A DNA stretch of 64,000 nt from Moraxellaceae bacterium (GCA_004173455.1 SECL01000007.1:22107-86106); one strand, 5' to 3'. Positions 29,727 to 40,510 are shown, numbered from the stretch's first letter. Translations and numbers: made by a program. The notes: generated by a model not told the origin, from the sequence alone.

Positions 29727-30953
29727 TTGATCTTTATGAGTATAAATATGACCAAAATCCATTCCAGAGAGTTTGCATTGCTCATGGCTTTACTGATGTC
29801 GGTGGTTTCTTTTTCCATTGACGCGATTTTGCCTGCATTGGGTCAAATTGGCCGAGTGTTTGCCGTCAATAATCCCAATCATGTGCAATGGGTGATTACC
29901 TGTATTTTTGCGGGCATGACCATGGGTCAGCTCATTGCCGGGCCATTGTCCGATGCGATTGGCCGCAAGCGGATTTTGTTTGCTGGCATTGCCATTTATT
30001 TTGTGGGCAGCGTGCTGTGTTATCTCACCCATAGTTTTGAGCTGTTTTTGCTGGGTCGGTTTATTCAGGGCATTGGCGTTGCCGGGCCATATGTTGCTAC
30101 TATTTCGGTTGTACGCGACAAATACAGCGGCAACGAAATGGCACGGGTGATGTCGCTGATCATGATGGTATTTATGATAGCACCTGCCATTGCACCAGCT
30201 ATTGGACAGGTGATTATTCATTTTTCAGGCTGGCGAGAAATTTTCCTGCTGTACATTGGCTATGCGCTGGTGGTTGGGATATGGATTGCCTTGCGTCTGG
30301 AAGAAACCCTGCTGCCTGAACAACGGCTGCCCATGCAGCTCAAGGCATTTCAAAGTGGCTTTCAGGAAGTCATCAGTAACCGGACCACCATGAGTTATTT
30401 GCTGTGTACCGGTTTATGTTTTGGCGGTTTTATTGGCTATCTGGGCACCTCACAGCAAATTTTTATGCAGCAATTTGGCCAGTCTGGCAATACTTTTAGT
30501 CTGTGCTTTGCAATGCTGGCTGCTTTAATGGGAGTGGCGTCTTTTGTGAACTCAAGACTGGTAGCCAAAATTGGGATGCGCCGGATTTGCATGTATGGCA
30601 TGTTGTCGATTGCGCTGCTGTCGTTTTGTTTTTTACTGGTGCAATACAGCGGTGTGCATATTACTTTCTGGATGTTTTTGCTGTATGCGAGCATTTTGTT
30701 TTCGGTGTTTGGTTGCCTGTTTGGCAATTTGAATGCGATTGCCATGGAGCCGATGGGGCATGTAGCTGGCATGGCTTCTGCGATTATTGGCGCATCGGCG
30801 TCCGTTTTATCGCTGATACTGGCCACGGTCATTGGCCAGCTTTATAACGGCACGCTTATGCCCATGACGTGGGGTTTTGCCATTTTATGTGGGGTGTCGT
30901 TTTTGGTAATGGTGAATGAAAATAAATGGCTGGCTGCTTCGCGCGTGGCCTGA
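29727..30953 (+). CDS. MFS multidrug efflux transporter (Bcr/CflA, DHA1)
   Basis: SIDAILPAL, GPLSDAIGRKR, GRFIQG, 12 TM. Confidence 0.9.
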   Translation: MIFMSINMTKIHSREFALLMALLMSVVSFSIDAILPALGQIGRVFAVNNPNHVQWVITCIFAGMTMGQLIAGPLSDAIGRKRILFAGIAIYFVGSVLCYLTHSFELFLLGRFIQGIGVAGPYVATISVVRDKYSGNEMARVMSLIMMVFMIAPAIAPAIGQVIIHFSGWREIFLLYIGYALVVGIWIALRLEETLLPEQRLPMQLKAFQSGFQEVISNRTTMSYLLCTGLCFGGFIGYLGTSQQIFMQQFGQSGNTFSLCFAMLAALMGVASFVNSRLVAKIGMRRICMYGMLSIALLSFCFLLVQYSGVHITFWMFLLYASILFSVFGCLFGNLNAIAMEPMGHVAGMASAIIGASASVLSLILATVIGQLYNGTLMPMTWGFAILCGVSFLVMVNENKWLAASRVA

Positions 30954-30983
30954 TAATAAGCAAAGTAGGTTTAAACGCACTAT

Positions 30984-31011
30984 AAAAAAGAGCCGCTTAA
31001 GCGACTCTCTT
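30984..31011. terminator. Intrinsic terminator between converging MFS gene and proS
   Basis: AAAAAAGAGCCGC-TTAA-GCGACTCTCTT. Confidence 0.65.
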
Positions 31012-31028
31012 AATATAAGAAGATTCAA

Positions 31029-32732
31029 TCAACCTTTCAACACCGCTAGCAAATCATCCTTGCTGAGTTCACGCGCCTCGCTATCACGGCGGCCTTTGTA
31101 TTCAAAGGTGCCTGCATCCAGACCACGCTCGGACACCACAATGCGATGCGGTATGCCAACCAGTTCCAAGTCAGAAAACTTCACGCCCGGACGTTCATTG
31201 CGGTCATCCAGCAACACATCAAACCCGGCAGCCAGCAATTCGGCATATAACTCTTCAGCCGCAGCAACGGCGCGGGGCGACTTGGCCTGATTCATCGGTA
31301 CAATCGCGACTTCAAACGGGGCAATGCTTTGTGGCCACATAATGCCCTTGTCATCAAAGTTTTGCTCAATCGCAGCAGCCACCACACGGGTAACCCCAAT
31401 GCCATAACAGCCCATGGTCACCACAAACGGCTTGCCATCTTCGCCCAGAACCTTGCAATTTAAGGCTTCGGAATATTTGGTGCCTAGCTGGAAAATATGC
31501 CCCACTTCAATGCCACGCTTGATATTAATAATACCTTTTCCATCAGGCGAAGGATCACCATTTACCACGTTGCGGATGTCTGCCACGGCAGTAATCTGTG
31601 CATCACGTTCCCAGTTCAGGCCAGTCACATGCTGGCCAGCCTGATTGGCACCCGCCACAAAATCGCTCAGTATCGACGCCGAACGATCGACAATCACCGG
31701 AATGCTTAAGTCTTGTGGACCAATCGAACCCGCTTCCAGACCCAGCGCTTTCACTTCATCTTCGCTGGCAAAAGTGAGCGGTGCAGCAACCTGTTCCAGT
31801 TTTTCCACCTTGATGTCATTGAGTTCATGGTCGCCGCGCAGTAACAGTGCAACCAGACTGTATTTGCCGTCTTCATCCGCCACACCGCGCACCAGTAAGG
31901 TTTTTACCGTTTGTGACGGATCAACATTTAACAGTGCAGCGACTTCTGCAATGGTTTTGGCGTTTGGCGTATCAACCACTTGCATGGCCTGAGTGGGGGC
32001 AGGGCGTGTGCCAGTAACGATGGCTTCGGCCATTTCAACGTTGGCTGCAAAGTCGGATTCGGTTGAAAACGCAATATCATCTTCACCGCTGTCGGCCAGC
32101 ACATGAAATTCATGCGAACCATTACCACCAATAGAACCGGTATCGGCCTGTACCGCACGGAAATTTAGCCCCAAACGCTTAAAAATAGCATGATAGGTGT
32201 CGTACATGCCCTGATAGGTTTCTTCTAAAGAGGCCTGATTGGCATGAAATGAATAGGCATCTTTCATGATAAATTCGCGTGAGCGCATTACGCCAAAACG
32301 CGGACGGATTTCATCGCGGAATTTGGTTTGTACCTGATAAAAGTTGACCGGCAATTGCTTGTAGCTTTTTAGCTCTTGGCGTGCCAGATCGGTAATCACT
32401 TCTTCGTGAGTGGGGCCAAGTACAAACGGACGGTCATGGCGATCACGAAAGCGCAGCAGCTCGGGGCCATAGGCCTGCGCACGGCCGGATTCTTCCCACA
32501 GCTCAATGGGTTGGGTGACGGGCATCAGCACTTCCATGGCGCTTTTATTCATTTCTTCACGAATAATGGCGCTGACTTTATTCAGCACACGCACACCCAG
32601 CGGCAGCCAAGTGTACAGACCGGTAGCCAGTTTACGGATCATCCCAGCACGAAGCATGAGCTGGTGCGAGATCACCTCGGCATCACCGGGGGTTTCGCGG
32701 AGTGTGGCAAACAGTAAGCGGCTGGCGCGCAT
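31029..32732 (-). CDS. proS: Proline--tRNA ligase (with INS editing domain)
   Basis: [44 protein letters not shown]. Confidence 0.98.
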   Translation of the reverse strand: MRASRLLFATLRETPGDAEVISHQLMLRAGMIRKLATGLYTWLPLGVRVLNKVSAIIREEMNKSAMEVLMPVTQPIELWEESGRAQAYGPELLRFRDRHDRPFVLGPTHEEVITDLARQELKSYKQLPVNFYQVQTKFRDEIRPRFGVMRSREFIMKDAYSFHANQASLEETYQGMYDTYHAIFKRLGLNFRAVQADTGSIGGNGSHEFHVLADSGEDDIAFSTESDFAANVEMAEAIVTGTRPAPTQAMQVVDTPNAKTIAEVAALLNVDPSQTVKTLLVRGVADEDGKYSLVALLLRGDHELNDIKVEKLEQVAAPLTFASEDEVKALGLEAGSIGPQDLSIPVIVDRSASILSDFVAGANQAGQHVTGLNWERDAQITAVADIRNVVNGDPSPDGKGIINIKRGIEVGHIFQLGTKYSEALNCKVLGEDGKPFVVTMGCYGIGVTRVVAAAIEQNFDDKGIMWPQSIAPFEVAIVPMNQAKSPRAVAAAEELYAELLAAGFDVLLDDRNERPGVKFSDLELVGIPHRIVVSERGLDAGTFEYKGRRDSEARELSKDDLLAVLKG

Positions 32733-33225
32733 GGATATAGGTCCTAAAGCAAAAATCTAAACTGAAAAAATTATCAGTACTAAGAAAAACCAATGATTGC
32801 CGATGGCCTGTATGGTTGCATCGCGAAATGTCGGCATCATTAGCTAACAATAATATGGGGCTATTCTATCGTTTTTTAGGCATAGCTCACCATAAGAATT
32901 ATGGGCTTTTTAGTGCTTCATCTATTGATAAGCTGTCTTTGTGAGATAGACGGGCTTCTTCTGTTTGGATAAATTTTAATAAGCCAGTAGAAGTAGCGGG
33001 TTGGGATGGCTGTCGATCATGATATTTCTCTTTGATTTAACTTAATTAAGCCTGATAATTTGTAAAAGTTTGGTAAGAATCCAAAGTTTGTAAGAAGCAT
33101 AAGATTAATCTTTGTTGAGAATTTCGAAGTTGTGCGATGTTGATGATAAGTTTTGACAATGGTATTAATTTTTATTCTTTGATCAATTCACATTAAATAA
33201 TATTAAATTAGTGCTAGTTTAAATT

Positions 33226-33687
33226 ATGGAATATATTTATTTGGTCTTGACGGTTAGCTTGGGTCTGGTTGCTGCTATCAGTTTTATTATAGGAATATTT
33301 AATAAACCTAAGATATTAGAGTTGTCTATGGCCTGTGCTTTATTCGCAGGGTTATCCTTTTCTTTTTATGATTCAATGCAAAATGATAAACTACCAGCTT
33401 TACAGTATGAAACTGAAGTCGTTTGTGGCAAATTTATTCGAGAATCTAATGCAGGTAGGCCATCCTACCGAGCTGGCGGCAAAGGATATACATTTTATTT
33501 TAATTTAGAGCATTACGGATCTGTTATGTATCAAAATATTAATATGGGTAGAAAAGATATTAGTAGTGCTACTGATTACAATAAAATGATACTTGATAGT
33601 AAGGTATGTCTAAAAATAATAAAGCCTGTAAAGCAGAATATTTGGAATGAAGATATTAAAATTATTGATTATTGGGAAAATAAATAA
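33226..33687 (+). CDS. Low-GC hypothetical membrane protein (2 N-terminal TM helices plus soluble domain)
   Basis: 153-aa ORF in an AT-rich stretch; two hydrophobic N-terminal segments; no recognised family. Confidence 0.6.
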   Translation: MEYIYLVLTVSLGLVAAISFIIGIFNKPKILELSMACALFAGLSFSFYDSMQNDKLPALQYETEVVCGKFIRESNAGRPSYRAGGKGYTFYFNLEHYGSVMYQNINMGRKDISSATDYNKMILDSKVCLKIIKPVKQNIWNEDIKIIDYWENK

Positions 33688-33815
33688 TACTTAGTGAAAA
33701 TTAATTAAATAAGGGCATTTCAGCCTATTCAAAAAAAGGGCATTAGGATTCACTTAGATAACTTATGAATGAGATCCACGTCCGGTGAATCTAGTTTATT
33801 TTTACTTCAAAATCG

Positions 33816-33888
33816 TACGCCCTGCGGGACTCGAACCCACGTCGGTCGCTTAGGAGGCAACTGCTCTATCCAGTTAAGCTAAGGGCGT
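33816..33888 (-). tRNA. tRNA-Arg(CCT), CCA not encoded
   Basis: Cloverleaf ACGCCCT/AGGGCGT, anticodon loop CTCCTAA, T loop TTCGAGT; 3' end reads A-CGA. Confidence 0.93.
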
Positions 33889-33982
33889 ATTAATTAACAT
33901 TAGTGACTTGCAAATGTTAAGGGCGGAATTAAACCATAAAACTCAGCGTTTTTCAGCCATCTTGCCGTATTTAAGGCAAATT

Positions 33983-35380
33983 TTAGTGGGGCGAGTGGTC
34001 ATCTTTATTGATGTGATGATTCAGGTTCCGGTTCAAGCCCAGCGTTTTAAACAGCCCATACATCAGGCCGATCCATACCGGAATCATAATCACGGATTCC
34101 CTAAAACCCTTTTGCCACATGATATACAGCACCAGCACAACAAAACCCAGCACCACCCAGTTGCTTAGCGGCGCAAACAACGTGGGATAGCTGGTGGTGA
34201 TATTGTTGCGCTGTATAAACTTCTTAAAGTGTAAGTGCGTCAGGCTAATCATCGCCCAGTTCAGCACCAGCGCGCCAATCACAATGTACATCAGGTGACT
34301 TAAGGCTTTTTCCGGCACAAAATAGTTGAGCAAGACACAGCCAAAAATCAGCGCGGCAGACATTAAGGTCGCCATAATTGGCACACCCTGACGATTCACT
34401 TTCAAAAATAATTTTGGCGCATTGCCTTGTTGTGCCAGCCCAAACAACATGCGGCTATTGGCATACATGCCACTGTTATATACCGATAAGGCAGCCGTTA
34501 AAATAATAAAATTGAGCAGGTTGGCGGCCCAATTAATACCCAGCTGGCTAAAAATCATCACAAACGGGCTTTTGTCCAGACTGCCAATGTCCAGCTGGTT
34601 CCACGGCACTAACGACAGCAGCACCGTGAGCGAGCCAATATAAAAAATCAGCACCCGGTACACCACCTGATTAATGGCCATGGGAATGGTTTTTTGTGGA
34701 TCATCCGCTTCGGCAGCAGCCATACCAATCAGCTCAATCCCGCCAAAGGCAAACATGATAAACGCCAGCATGTAAAACAGGCCATCAAAACCATTGGGAA
34801 AAAATCCGCCATGGGTCCACAGGTTGCTAAAATGCGACATTGAATCAGCAGGCGCGGTGAGCAGCAAATAGCAGCCAAACACAATCATGGCAATCACAGC
34901 GGCTACTTTAATGATGGCCAGCCAGAATTCCGACTCACCATAAAATTTCACATTGGTTAAATTAATAGCCGTGATAATCAGGTAAAAAAACAAAATCGAC
35001 AGCCACGACGGAATTTGCGGCCACCAGTAATTAATGTATTTACCGACTGCGGTTAGCTCGGTCATCGCCACCAGAATATACAAGATCCAGTAGTTCCAGC
35101 CCGCCAAAAAACCCGGAAATTTGCCCCAATACTGATAAGCAAAATGACTAAATGATCCGGCCACGGGTTCATGTACAATCATCTCGCCCAGTTGACGCAT
35201 AATCAAAAATGCAATCAGCCCGCCAATGGCATAGCCCAGAATTACCGACGGGCCAGCAGAGGCAATCACATCGGCTGAACCCAGAAACAGGCCAGTACCA
35301 ATGGCACCACCCATGGCAATCAGCTGAATATGACGATTTTTTAAACCACGTTTAAGCTGTGGGGCAGGAGAGTGGCTCAC
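33983..35380 (-). CDS. APC-family amino acid permease (AroP/PheP-like)
   Basis: LKRGLKNRHIQLIAMGGAIGTGLFLGS, GESEFW, FGGIE, SVYNSG. Confidence 0.9.
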   Translation of the reverse strand: MSHSPAPQLKRGLKNRHIQLIAMGGAIGTGLFLGSADVIASAGPSVILGYAIGGLIAFLIMRQLGEMIVHEPVAGSFSHFAYQYWGKFPGFLAGWNYWILYILVAMTELTAVGKYINYWWPQIPSWLSILFFYLIITAINLTNVKFYGESEFWLAIIKVAAVIAMIVFGCYLLLTAPADSMSHFSNLWTHGGFFPNGFDGLFYMLAFIMFAFGGIELIGMAAAEADDPQKTIPMAINQVVYRVLIFYIGSLTVLLSLVPWNQLDIGSLDKSPFVMIFSQLGINWAANLLNFIILTAALSVYNSGMYANSRMLFGLAQQGNAPKLFLKVNRQGVPIMATLMSAALIFGCVLLNYFVPEKALSHLMYIVIGALVLNWAMISLTHLHFKKFIQRNNITTSYPTLFAPLSNWVVLGFVVLVLYIMWQKGFRESVIMIPVWIGLMYGLFKTLGLNRNLNHHINKDDHSPH

Positions 35381-35614
35381 ATGAATTCCTGAGTATCAGC
35401 AAAGCAAAAGACATTTAGCGGCTATAATAAACAGATTATCTATCATTAAAAAGTACACTTTTGCAGGGTAGCGCGACTGTGGCGCTAAGTTAGCGTGACG
35501 CTACAGTTTTGACATGAAGTATTGTCAAAACTAAAAAACACTCTACAATCGAACCCAGTCAATGAGTATGCACCAGACCCGACTGCCGGGCATTCACACA
35601 ACAGCGAGATCATA

Positions 35615-36907
35615 ATGACCACCAGTGCGCAGAATACATCAGTTAACACCACGACCATCGCCAGTACCTATAGCTTGCAAGGATTTGATTTCAAAAATCG
35701 TTTTATCAAAGGTGCCATGAGCGAAGGACTGGCCAACAAGGCCGGTGAGGTCAATAGCAAACATTTAAAATTGTACGAAACCTGGGCGCAAGGTGGTCTG
35801 GGCTGCGCAATTACCGGTAATGTCATGGTGGATATTAGAGCCAAGAATGAACCCGGTGTGGTGGCCATTGAAGATGAACATGATCTGGCTGGCCTGACCC
35901 AGTGGGCGAGTATTGGCAAGCAGTACAACATGATCCAGTTGGTGCAGTTGTCGCATCCGGGTCGCCAGTGCCCCAAAGGTCTGAACAAGGAAACCGTTGC
36001 CCCATCAGCCATTCCGTTTAGTCCGGCACTGTCTACTTTTTTTGGTACACCGCGCGCTTTAACCGAAGCCGAGATTCAGGACATTATCCAGCGCTTTGGC
36101 AATGCGGCGCGTATTTGTAAAAAAGCCGGTTTTGAAGGTGTGCAACTACATGGTGCGCATGGTTATTTGATTAGCCAGTTTTTATCACCACTGACCAACC
36201 AGCGCACCGATCAATGGGGCGGCAGTATTGAAAACCGCATGCGCTTTTTGCTGGAAGTGTATAAAGAAGTACGCCAGCAAACCGGCGACAATTTTATTGT
36301 CAGTGTCAAACTGAACTCAGCCGATTTCCAGCGCGGTGGCTTTACTGAAGAAGATGCCATGGCGGTATTTCGTGCTATTGATGCACAAGGCATCGACCTG
36401 ATTGAAATTTCTGGCGGTACTTATGAAGCGCCTGCAATGGCTGGTGCCAAACGTAAAAAACCGACAGACCAGCCAGCAGTAAAAGCAAGCACACAGGCAC
36501 GTGAAGCCTATTTCCTTGAGTTTGCTGAAAAAATTCGTCAGCAAGTCAAAACTGCCCTGATGGTCACCGGTGGCTTTAGAACCCGTCATGGAATGGACAG
36601 CGCCCTGCAAAGTGGTGCTTGTGACTTTATTGGCATTGCACGTCCATTGGCGGTAGAAACTGATGCACCGGATCATTTGCTGGCCGGTAATGACAGCGTG
36701 CGCTATGCGGTTAAACCGATCAAAACTGGCTTACCCATGCTGGATAAAATGGCGGTGATGGAAGTGATCTGGTATGCCGCGCAGTTTAAGGCGATTGGAC
36801 AGGGCAAAAAACCCAAGCCAAACCTCAGTCCGCTGTTGGTACTGGCCAATTATGCCCGTGGCAATATCAAGGCAATCTTGCAACGCCGTACCCGGTTACG
36901 TGCCTGA
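35615..36907 (+). CDS. NADH:flavin oxidoreductase (old yellow enzyme family)
   Basis: QLSHPGRQ, GVQLHGAHGYLISQFLSP, NQRTDQWGGS; start placed at MTTSAQ. Confidence 0.9.
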   Translation: MTTSAQNTSVNTTTIASTYSLQGFDFKNRFIKGAMSEGLANKAGEVNSKHLKLYETWAQGGLGCAITGNVMVDIRAKNEPGVVAIEDEHDLAGLTQWASIGKQYNMIQLVQLSHPGRQCPKGLNKETVAPSAIPFSPALSTFFGTPRALTEAEIQDIIQRFGNAARICKKAGFEGVQLHGAHGYLISQFLSPLTNQRTDQWGGSIENRMRFLLEVYKEVRQQTGDNFIVSVKLNSADFQRGGFTEEDAMAVFRAIDAQGIDLIEISGGTYEAPAMAGAKRKKPTDQPAVKASTQAREAYFLEFAEKIRQQVKTALMVTGGFRTRHGMDSALQSGACDFIGIARPLAVETDAPDHLLAGNDSVRYAVKPIKTGLPMLDKMAVMEVIWYAAQFKAIGQGKKPKPNLSPLLVLANYARGNIKAILQRRTRLRA

Positions 36908-37073
36908 TTCATTGCATGATTTAACGTATGGTTTAGCGCATAAGCTTCCCATTAGTTTTGTTGTTTTAAAGACTGGCTTAAGCTAGCAAGGTATATAACC
37001 TTGTTAGCTTTATATGACTGTGCCAGAATGCCTTTACAGATTATTGTGGCAAGATGTGGAAACGCACTTGCTA

Positions 37074-37214
37074 CACAAGGGGAGTAGCCTCACCCACGCC
37101 ATCTATCGTCAATACGCTTTATTTCACGGCAACACTGCCAACAGTAAAGCCGGTAGCTGGATACTGCAAACAGCGCAAAAAACGCCAGTTTGACAGTATA
37201 GGCAAGACCTTGAC
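37074..37214 (+). promoter_or_regulatory. yybP-ykoY Mn2+ riboswitch
   Basis: CAAGG-GGAGTAGC ... CGTCAATAC ... GGCAAGA-CCTTG upstream of a TerC/Alx gene. Confidence 0.9.
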
Positions 37215-37303
37215 TCATGTTGTTTGACTTAATTGATCAGACAGCAGGTCAGGGTTTTTTTATGTCCCGATATGATGCCTGCTGTCTGCACTGGAGAATT
37301 ATT

Positions 37304-38281
37304 GTGGAAACCATTGGTAATCCGTGGCTGTATGCCATTTTCTTTGCAATCGTGGCAGTCATGCTACTGGTTGACTTCCTAGGCTTTAAGCAAAAAGGCT
37401 CAGAATCAAATCAGCAACCCGTCCCCATCCGGCAAGCGGCGCTGTGGAGTGTGGCGTGGGTTGCTGTGTCTGGCCTGTTTGCAGGTGGTTTGTGGTGGTA
37501 CTTAAATGGGACAGTCGGTGCGGCCATTGCCAATCAGAAAACCCTTGAGCTGGTGACCGGTTATCTGCTGGAAAAATCACTGGCGATTGATAATGTGTTT
37601 GTCTGGCTAATGATCTTTGGCGCGTTTGCTGTACCGCCAGCATTACAGCGCCGCGTGCTGCTCTATGGCGTACTGGGTGCCATTATCTTACGCACGATTT
37701 TCATTTTTGCCGGTGCCTGGCTGATTCAGGAGTTTTCATGGATTTTGTATCTATTTGGCGCGTTTTTGGTCTATACCGGCATCAAATTTATGAAAGGCAA
37801 TCACGCCGAGGAAAATGACATTGAAGACATGAAGCTGCTCAAGTGGCTACGTGGCCATCTGCGTATTACATCAACCTTGCGCGAAGGCCGGTTTTTTGTA
37901 CGGGAAAATGGCCTGCTGTGGGCAACGCCGCTGTTTGTGGTATTAATTCTGGTTGAATTTTCCGATGTGATTTTTGCGGTAGATTCCATTCCGGCCATTT
38001 TTGCCGTCACCACTGATCCGTTTATTGTCCTGACAGCTAACCTACTGGCCATTCTGGGTTTGCGTGCGATGTTTTTCCTGCTGGCTGGTGCCGCTGCCAA
38101 AATGCATTACCTGCCGTATGGCTTGGGCGTGATCATGACGTTTATTGGTATTAAAATGCTGTTGCTGGATGTATATCATGTGCCTATTGGTATTTCTTTG
38201 GGCTTTATTGCTGTGGTGCTGGCGATCACTGGATGGCTGTCATGGCAACATGCCAAAGGCTTATCCGTAGACAGCAAATAA
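37304..38281 (+). CDS. alx: TerC/Alx family Mn2+ export membrane protein
   Basis: GYLLEKSLAIDNVFV, DVIFAVDSIPA; GTG start 37304 with GGAGA RBS; riboswitch upstream. Confidence 0.9.
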   Translation: METIGNPWLYAIFFAIVAVMLLVDFLGFKQKGSESNQQPVPIRQAALWSVAWVAVSGLFAGGLWWYLNGTVGAAIANQKTLELVTGYLLEKSLAIDNVFVWLMIFGAFAVPPALQRRVLLYGVLGAIILRTIFIFAGAWLIQEFSWILYLFGAFLVYTGIKFMKGNHAEENDIEDMKLLKWLRGHLRITSTLREGRFFVRENGLLWATPLFVVLILVEFSDVIFAVDSIPAIFAVTTDPFIVLTANLLAILGLRAMFFLLAGAAAKMHYLPYGLGVIMTFIGIKMLLLDVYHVPIGISLGFIAVVLAITGWLSWQHAKGLSVDSK

Positions 38282-38338
38282 TCGATTAGCGAAATAAACC
38301 ACGATCCATTTTTAGTTTTTGGACGTAGACAGCATGGT

Positions 38339-38872
38339 TTACTCGGGTAAATGATGTTGTTCGTCTATCTCCAATTCCTCATGACGCAGAGTTACAACAT
38401 GGATTGTGGTGTGATGCTGGGTAATTTTGCCAATATCGACTTGCTCGGTCACCACTGTTTTTTTATGAATCACAGCTTCTTCACGATAAACTGGCAGCTC
38501 AATACTTTGATTAGGGCGGAGCGTGATCGTTTCGCCATTGAGCTGAATGCGGGTGGTATGTTCCGAATCATCTGAAGAATCGGCAGGTTCAGTAGTTTGC
38601 TGATATTCGATCACCAACACTTCTTCAGTCAGCACCACCGGAATATGCACGGTTTGTTCACGTACTACTTTTTTGACCAGCAAACTGCCAGTCGTGTGTT
38701 TTTCAACTTGAATATCAACTTGTTCTGCCAGTAATTCCATACGGTCAGTGATATTCGGTTCTACAGCATGTTGTGATTCAGTGATTTGATTATTAGTAAT
38801 TTGAGAGTCAGTAATTTGACAATCAATGCTGCTATTCGATTGAGGAGAGATGGGCTTTTCTAAAGAAGACAT
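38339..38872 (-). CDS. YsnF/AvaK (DUF2382) domain protein
   Basis: MELLAEQV...VKKVVRE...EEVLVIE...PVYREEAVIHKKTVVTEQV..K...LRHEEL. Confidence 0.8.
   Translation of the reverse strand: MSSLEKPISPQSNSSIDCQITDSQITNNQITESQHAVEPNITDRMELLAEQVDIQVEKHTTGSLLVKKVVREQTVHIPVVLTEEVLVIEYQQTTEPADSSDDSEHTTRIQLNGETITLRPNQSIELPVYREEAVIHKKTVVTEQVDIGKITQHHTTIHVVTLRHEELEIDEQHHLPE
38774..38818. repeat. Three imperfect 15-bp tandem repeats encoding QIT(D/N/E)(S/N)
   Basis: tgattcagtgatttg / attattagtaatttg / agagtcagtaatttg. Confidence 0.7.
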
Positions 38873-39013
38873 AGTCGTTACCAGTTAAAATACAAAGGAT
38901 CTGTTTAACAGACCAATAAGGCAGCAATGGCCTTATATAAGTTAACCATGCTGCCTTAACATAGTGGATGGTTTAAACTATTTAATACTGCTTAAACCAT
39001 ACAACGCCTAAAT

Positions 39014-39814
39014 TTAACGCGGATTTTTGTCATCATTGACCGCATGTACATCACCGGTTTTTTGCACATCCAATTCTTCACGTTTTACCGTATCTGTCAC
39101 GGTTTGTTGATGCTGATGCGCTGTTTTACCAATTTCAACCTCTTCTACCACGTAGGCTTTTTTATCCACATTGGCGCGCTCTGCTTCAAGCTCTACCGAA
39201 ATGGTACGGCTATCGGCACCAATTTCACGATCGGTCGGACGATTGTCTACCGGATGACGGTTAATAAAGGCTTCCTCTTCTTCCAGATTAACATTCACTG
39301 ACTGCTCGTTACTCACCACACGTTTGCCCACGGCCACTGTACCAGCGACATAACGGTCTTTGCCGACAGTGAGACGTTCTTCCAGCAATTCAAGCTTGGT
39401 TGGGGAGTCATAGTATTTGCTGTGTGTGTCAGCAGGGGTATTTGCAAACTCGTTGCCAAAAACACGCTGATCCTGTGCCTTGACATCGTTGTACTGATAG
39501 ACCCGCGCTTCATCGTAGTCTTCCAGATTTTCCGCATGGTCTTTGGTCAGGTTACTAATATACACGTCATCATCGTTGCGGAAATCTGCAAAACCAGCAG
39601 GAATTAATACTTCTTTACTATTAAACCAGCCACCGACGTCCACAATAAAATAACGGATTTTGCCAGTGTCTTGTTCTACCAGCGCACCTTCAATTTTGCC
39701 AATTTTCTCATCGTTGGCACCATAAACCGTATGGCCTTGTGGATCATAATAATCCTGACCTAATTCTGATTGATAATTAGTTTGAATGTCTTTTAATCGA
39801 ATTAACTGACTCAT
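39014..39814 (-). CDS. PRC-barrel plus YsnF/AvaK (DUF2382) protein
   Basis: G.TVY..NDEKIGKI...LVE...GKIRYFIVDVGGW (PRC), then LELLEERLTVGK...EEVEIGK...VKREEL (DUF2382). Confidence 0.85.
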   Translation of the reverse strand: MSQLIRLKDIQTNYQSELGQDYYDPQGHTVYGANDEKIGKIEGALVEQDTGKIRYFIVDVGGWFNSKEVLIPAGFADFRNDDDVYISNLTKDHAENLEDYDEARVYQYNDVKAQDQRVFGNEFANTPADTHSKYYDSPTKLELLEERLTVGKDRYVAGTVAVGKRVVSNEQSVNVNLEEEEAFINRHPVDNRPTDREIGADSRTISVELEAERANVDKKAYVVEEVEIGKTAHQHQQTVTDTVKREELDVQKTGDVHAVNDDKNPR

Positions 39815-40475
39815 GTTCATGTTCCTTCTATTCATTGATATTACATTCAAGGGCAAGGCTGCATTTTAAATAGAATGTTTGAATAATCCCCTGTCAAATG
39901 ACAGATCCAAAAACCAGCCTATTTAAAATAACTAACCAGCAAACCCAAAATAGCAACTCCGATTGACACAACTGCCAGCATGGAGTGCTTGGCTTAGAGT
40001 GTCTAAGCTAGATCAAATGATTTTTTAAAGTAGTGTTGGTTTGCCACGCTTTTGTTAACTAGTACTCATTCTCGTTATTTTGAGTATCGGGTAACCGTCT
40101 ATAGCAACGTCTTACATCAACTCTGTATAGCAATATTTAAAATACGAATGCTTGGTTGCACAAAGATCAGCTTTTTTCTGGTTAATGATCGTCCGCTTTG
40201 CCCTAAATAGCGCGCGCTAGATATAAATGTGATGACAAACCGATCTAAATAAGCAAGAAAGAAGGGAAGTATTGAGAGAAGTCGGCATTGTGCCATGGGA
40301 CACGTTAGCGGTCAGAGGCTATTGAGCAGCGACGCATGACTTAACAGCAAGACAAGTTTGCAAAAATGTCATCAGCAAGGCAAGCCAACAGTATTTTGCT
40401 AACTAGATGTTTAAAATATGTTTGGCTTTCAAAATTAATAGGCATTCAAAATCATTAGACATGCCCAATCACAAT

Positions 40476-40510
40476 GCAAAAAGCCCAATCATTAATGACT
40501 GGGCTTTTGC
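40476..40510 (-). terminator. Intrinsic terminator after tRNA-Glu
   Basis: GCAAAAAGCCCA...TGGGCTTTTGC. Confidence 0.75.

Noticed and set aside
32780-33800. XerC/D (pdif) sites or an att duplication around the low-GC ORF
   Set aside because: I searched by eye for TTATGTTAAAT-like XerD arms and for a repeat of the tRNA-Arg 3' end and found neither.
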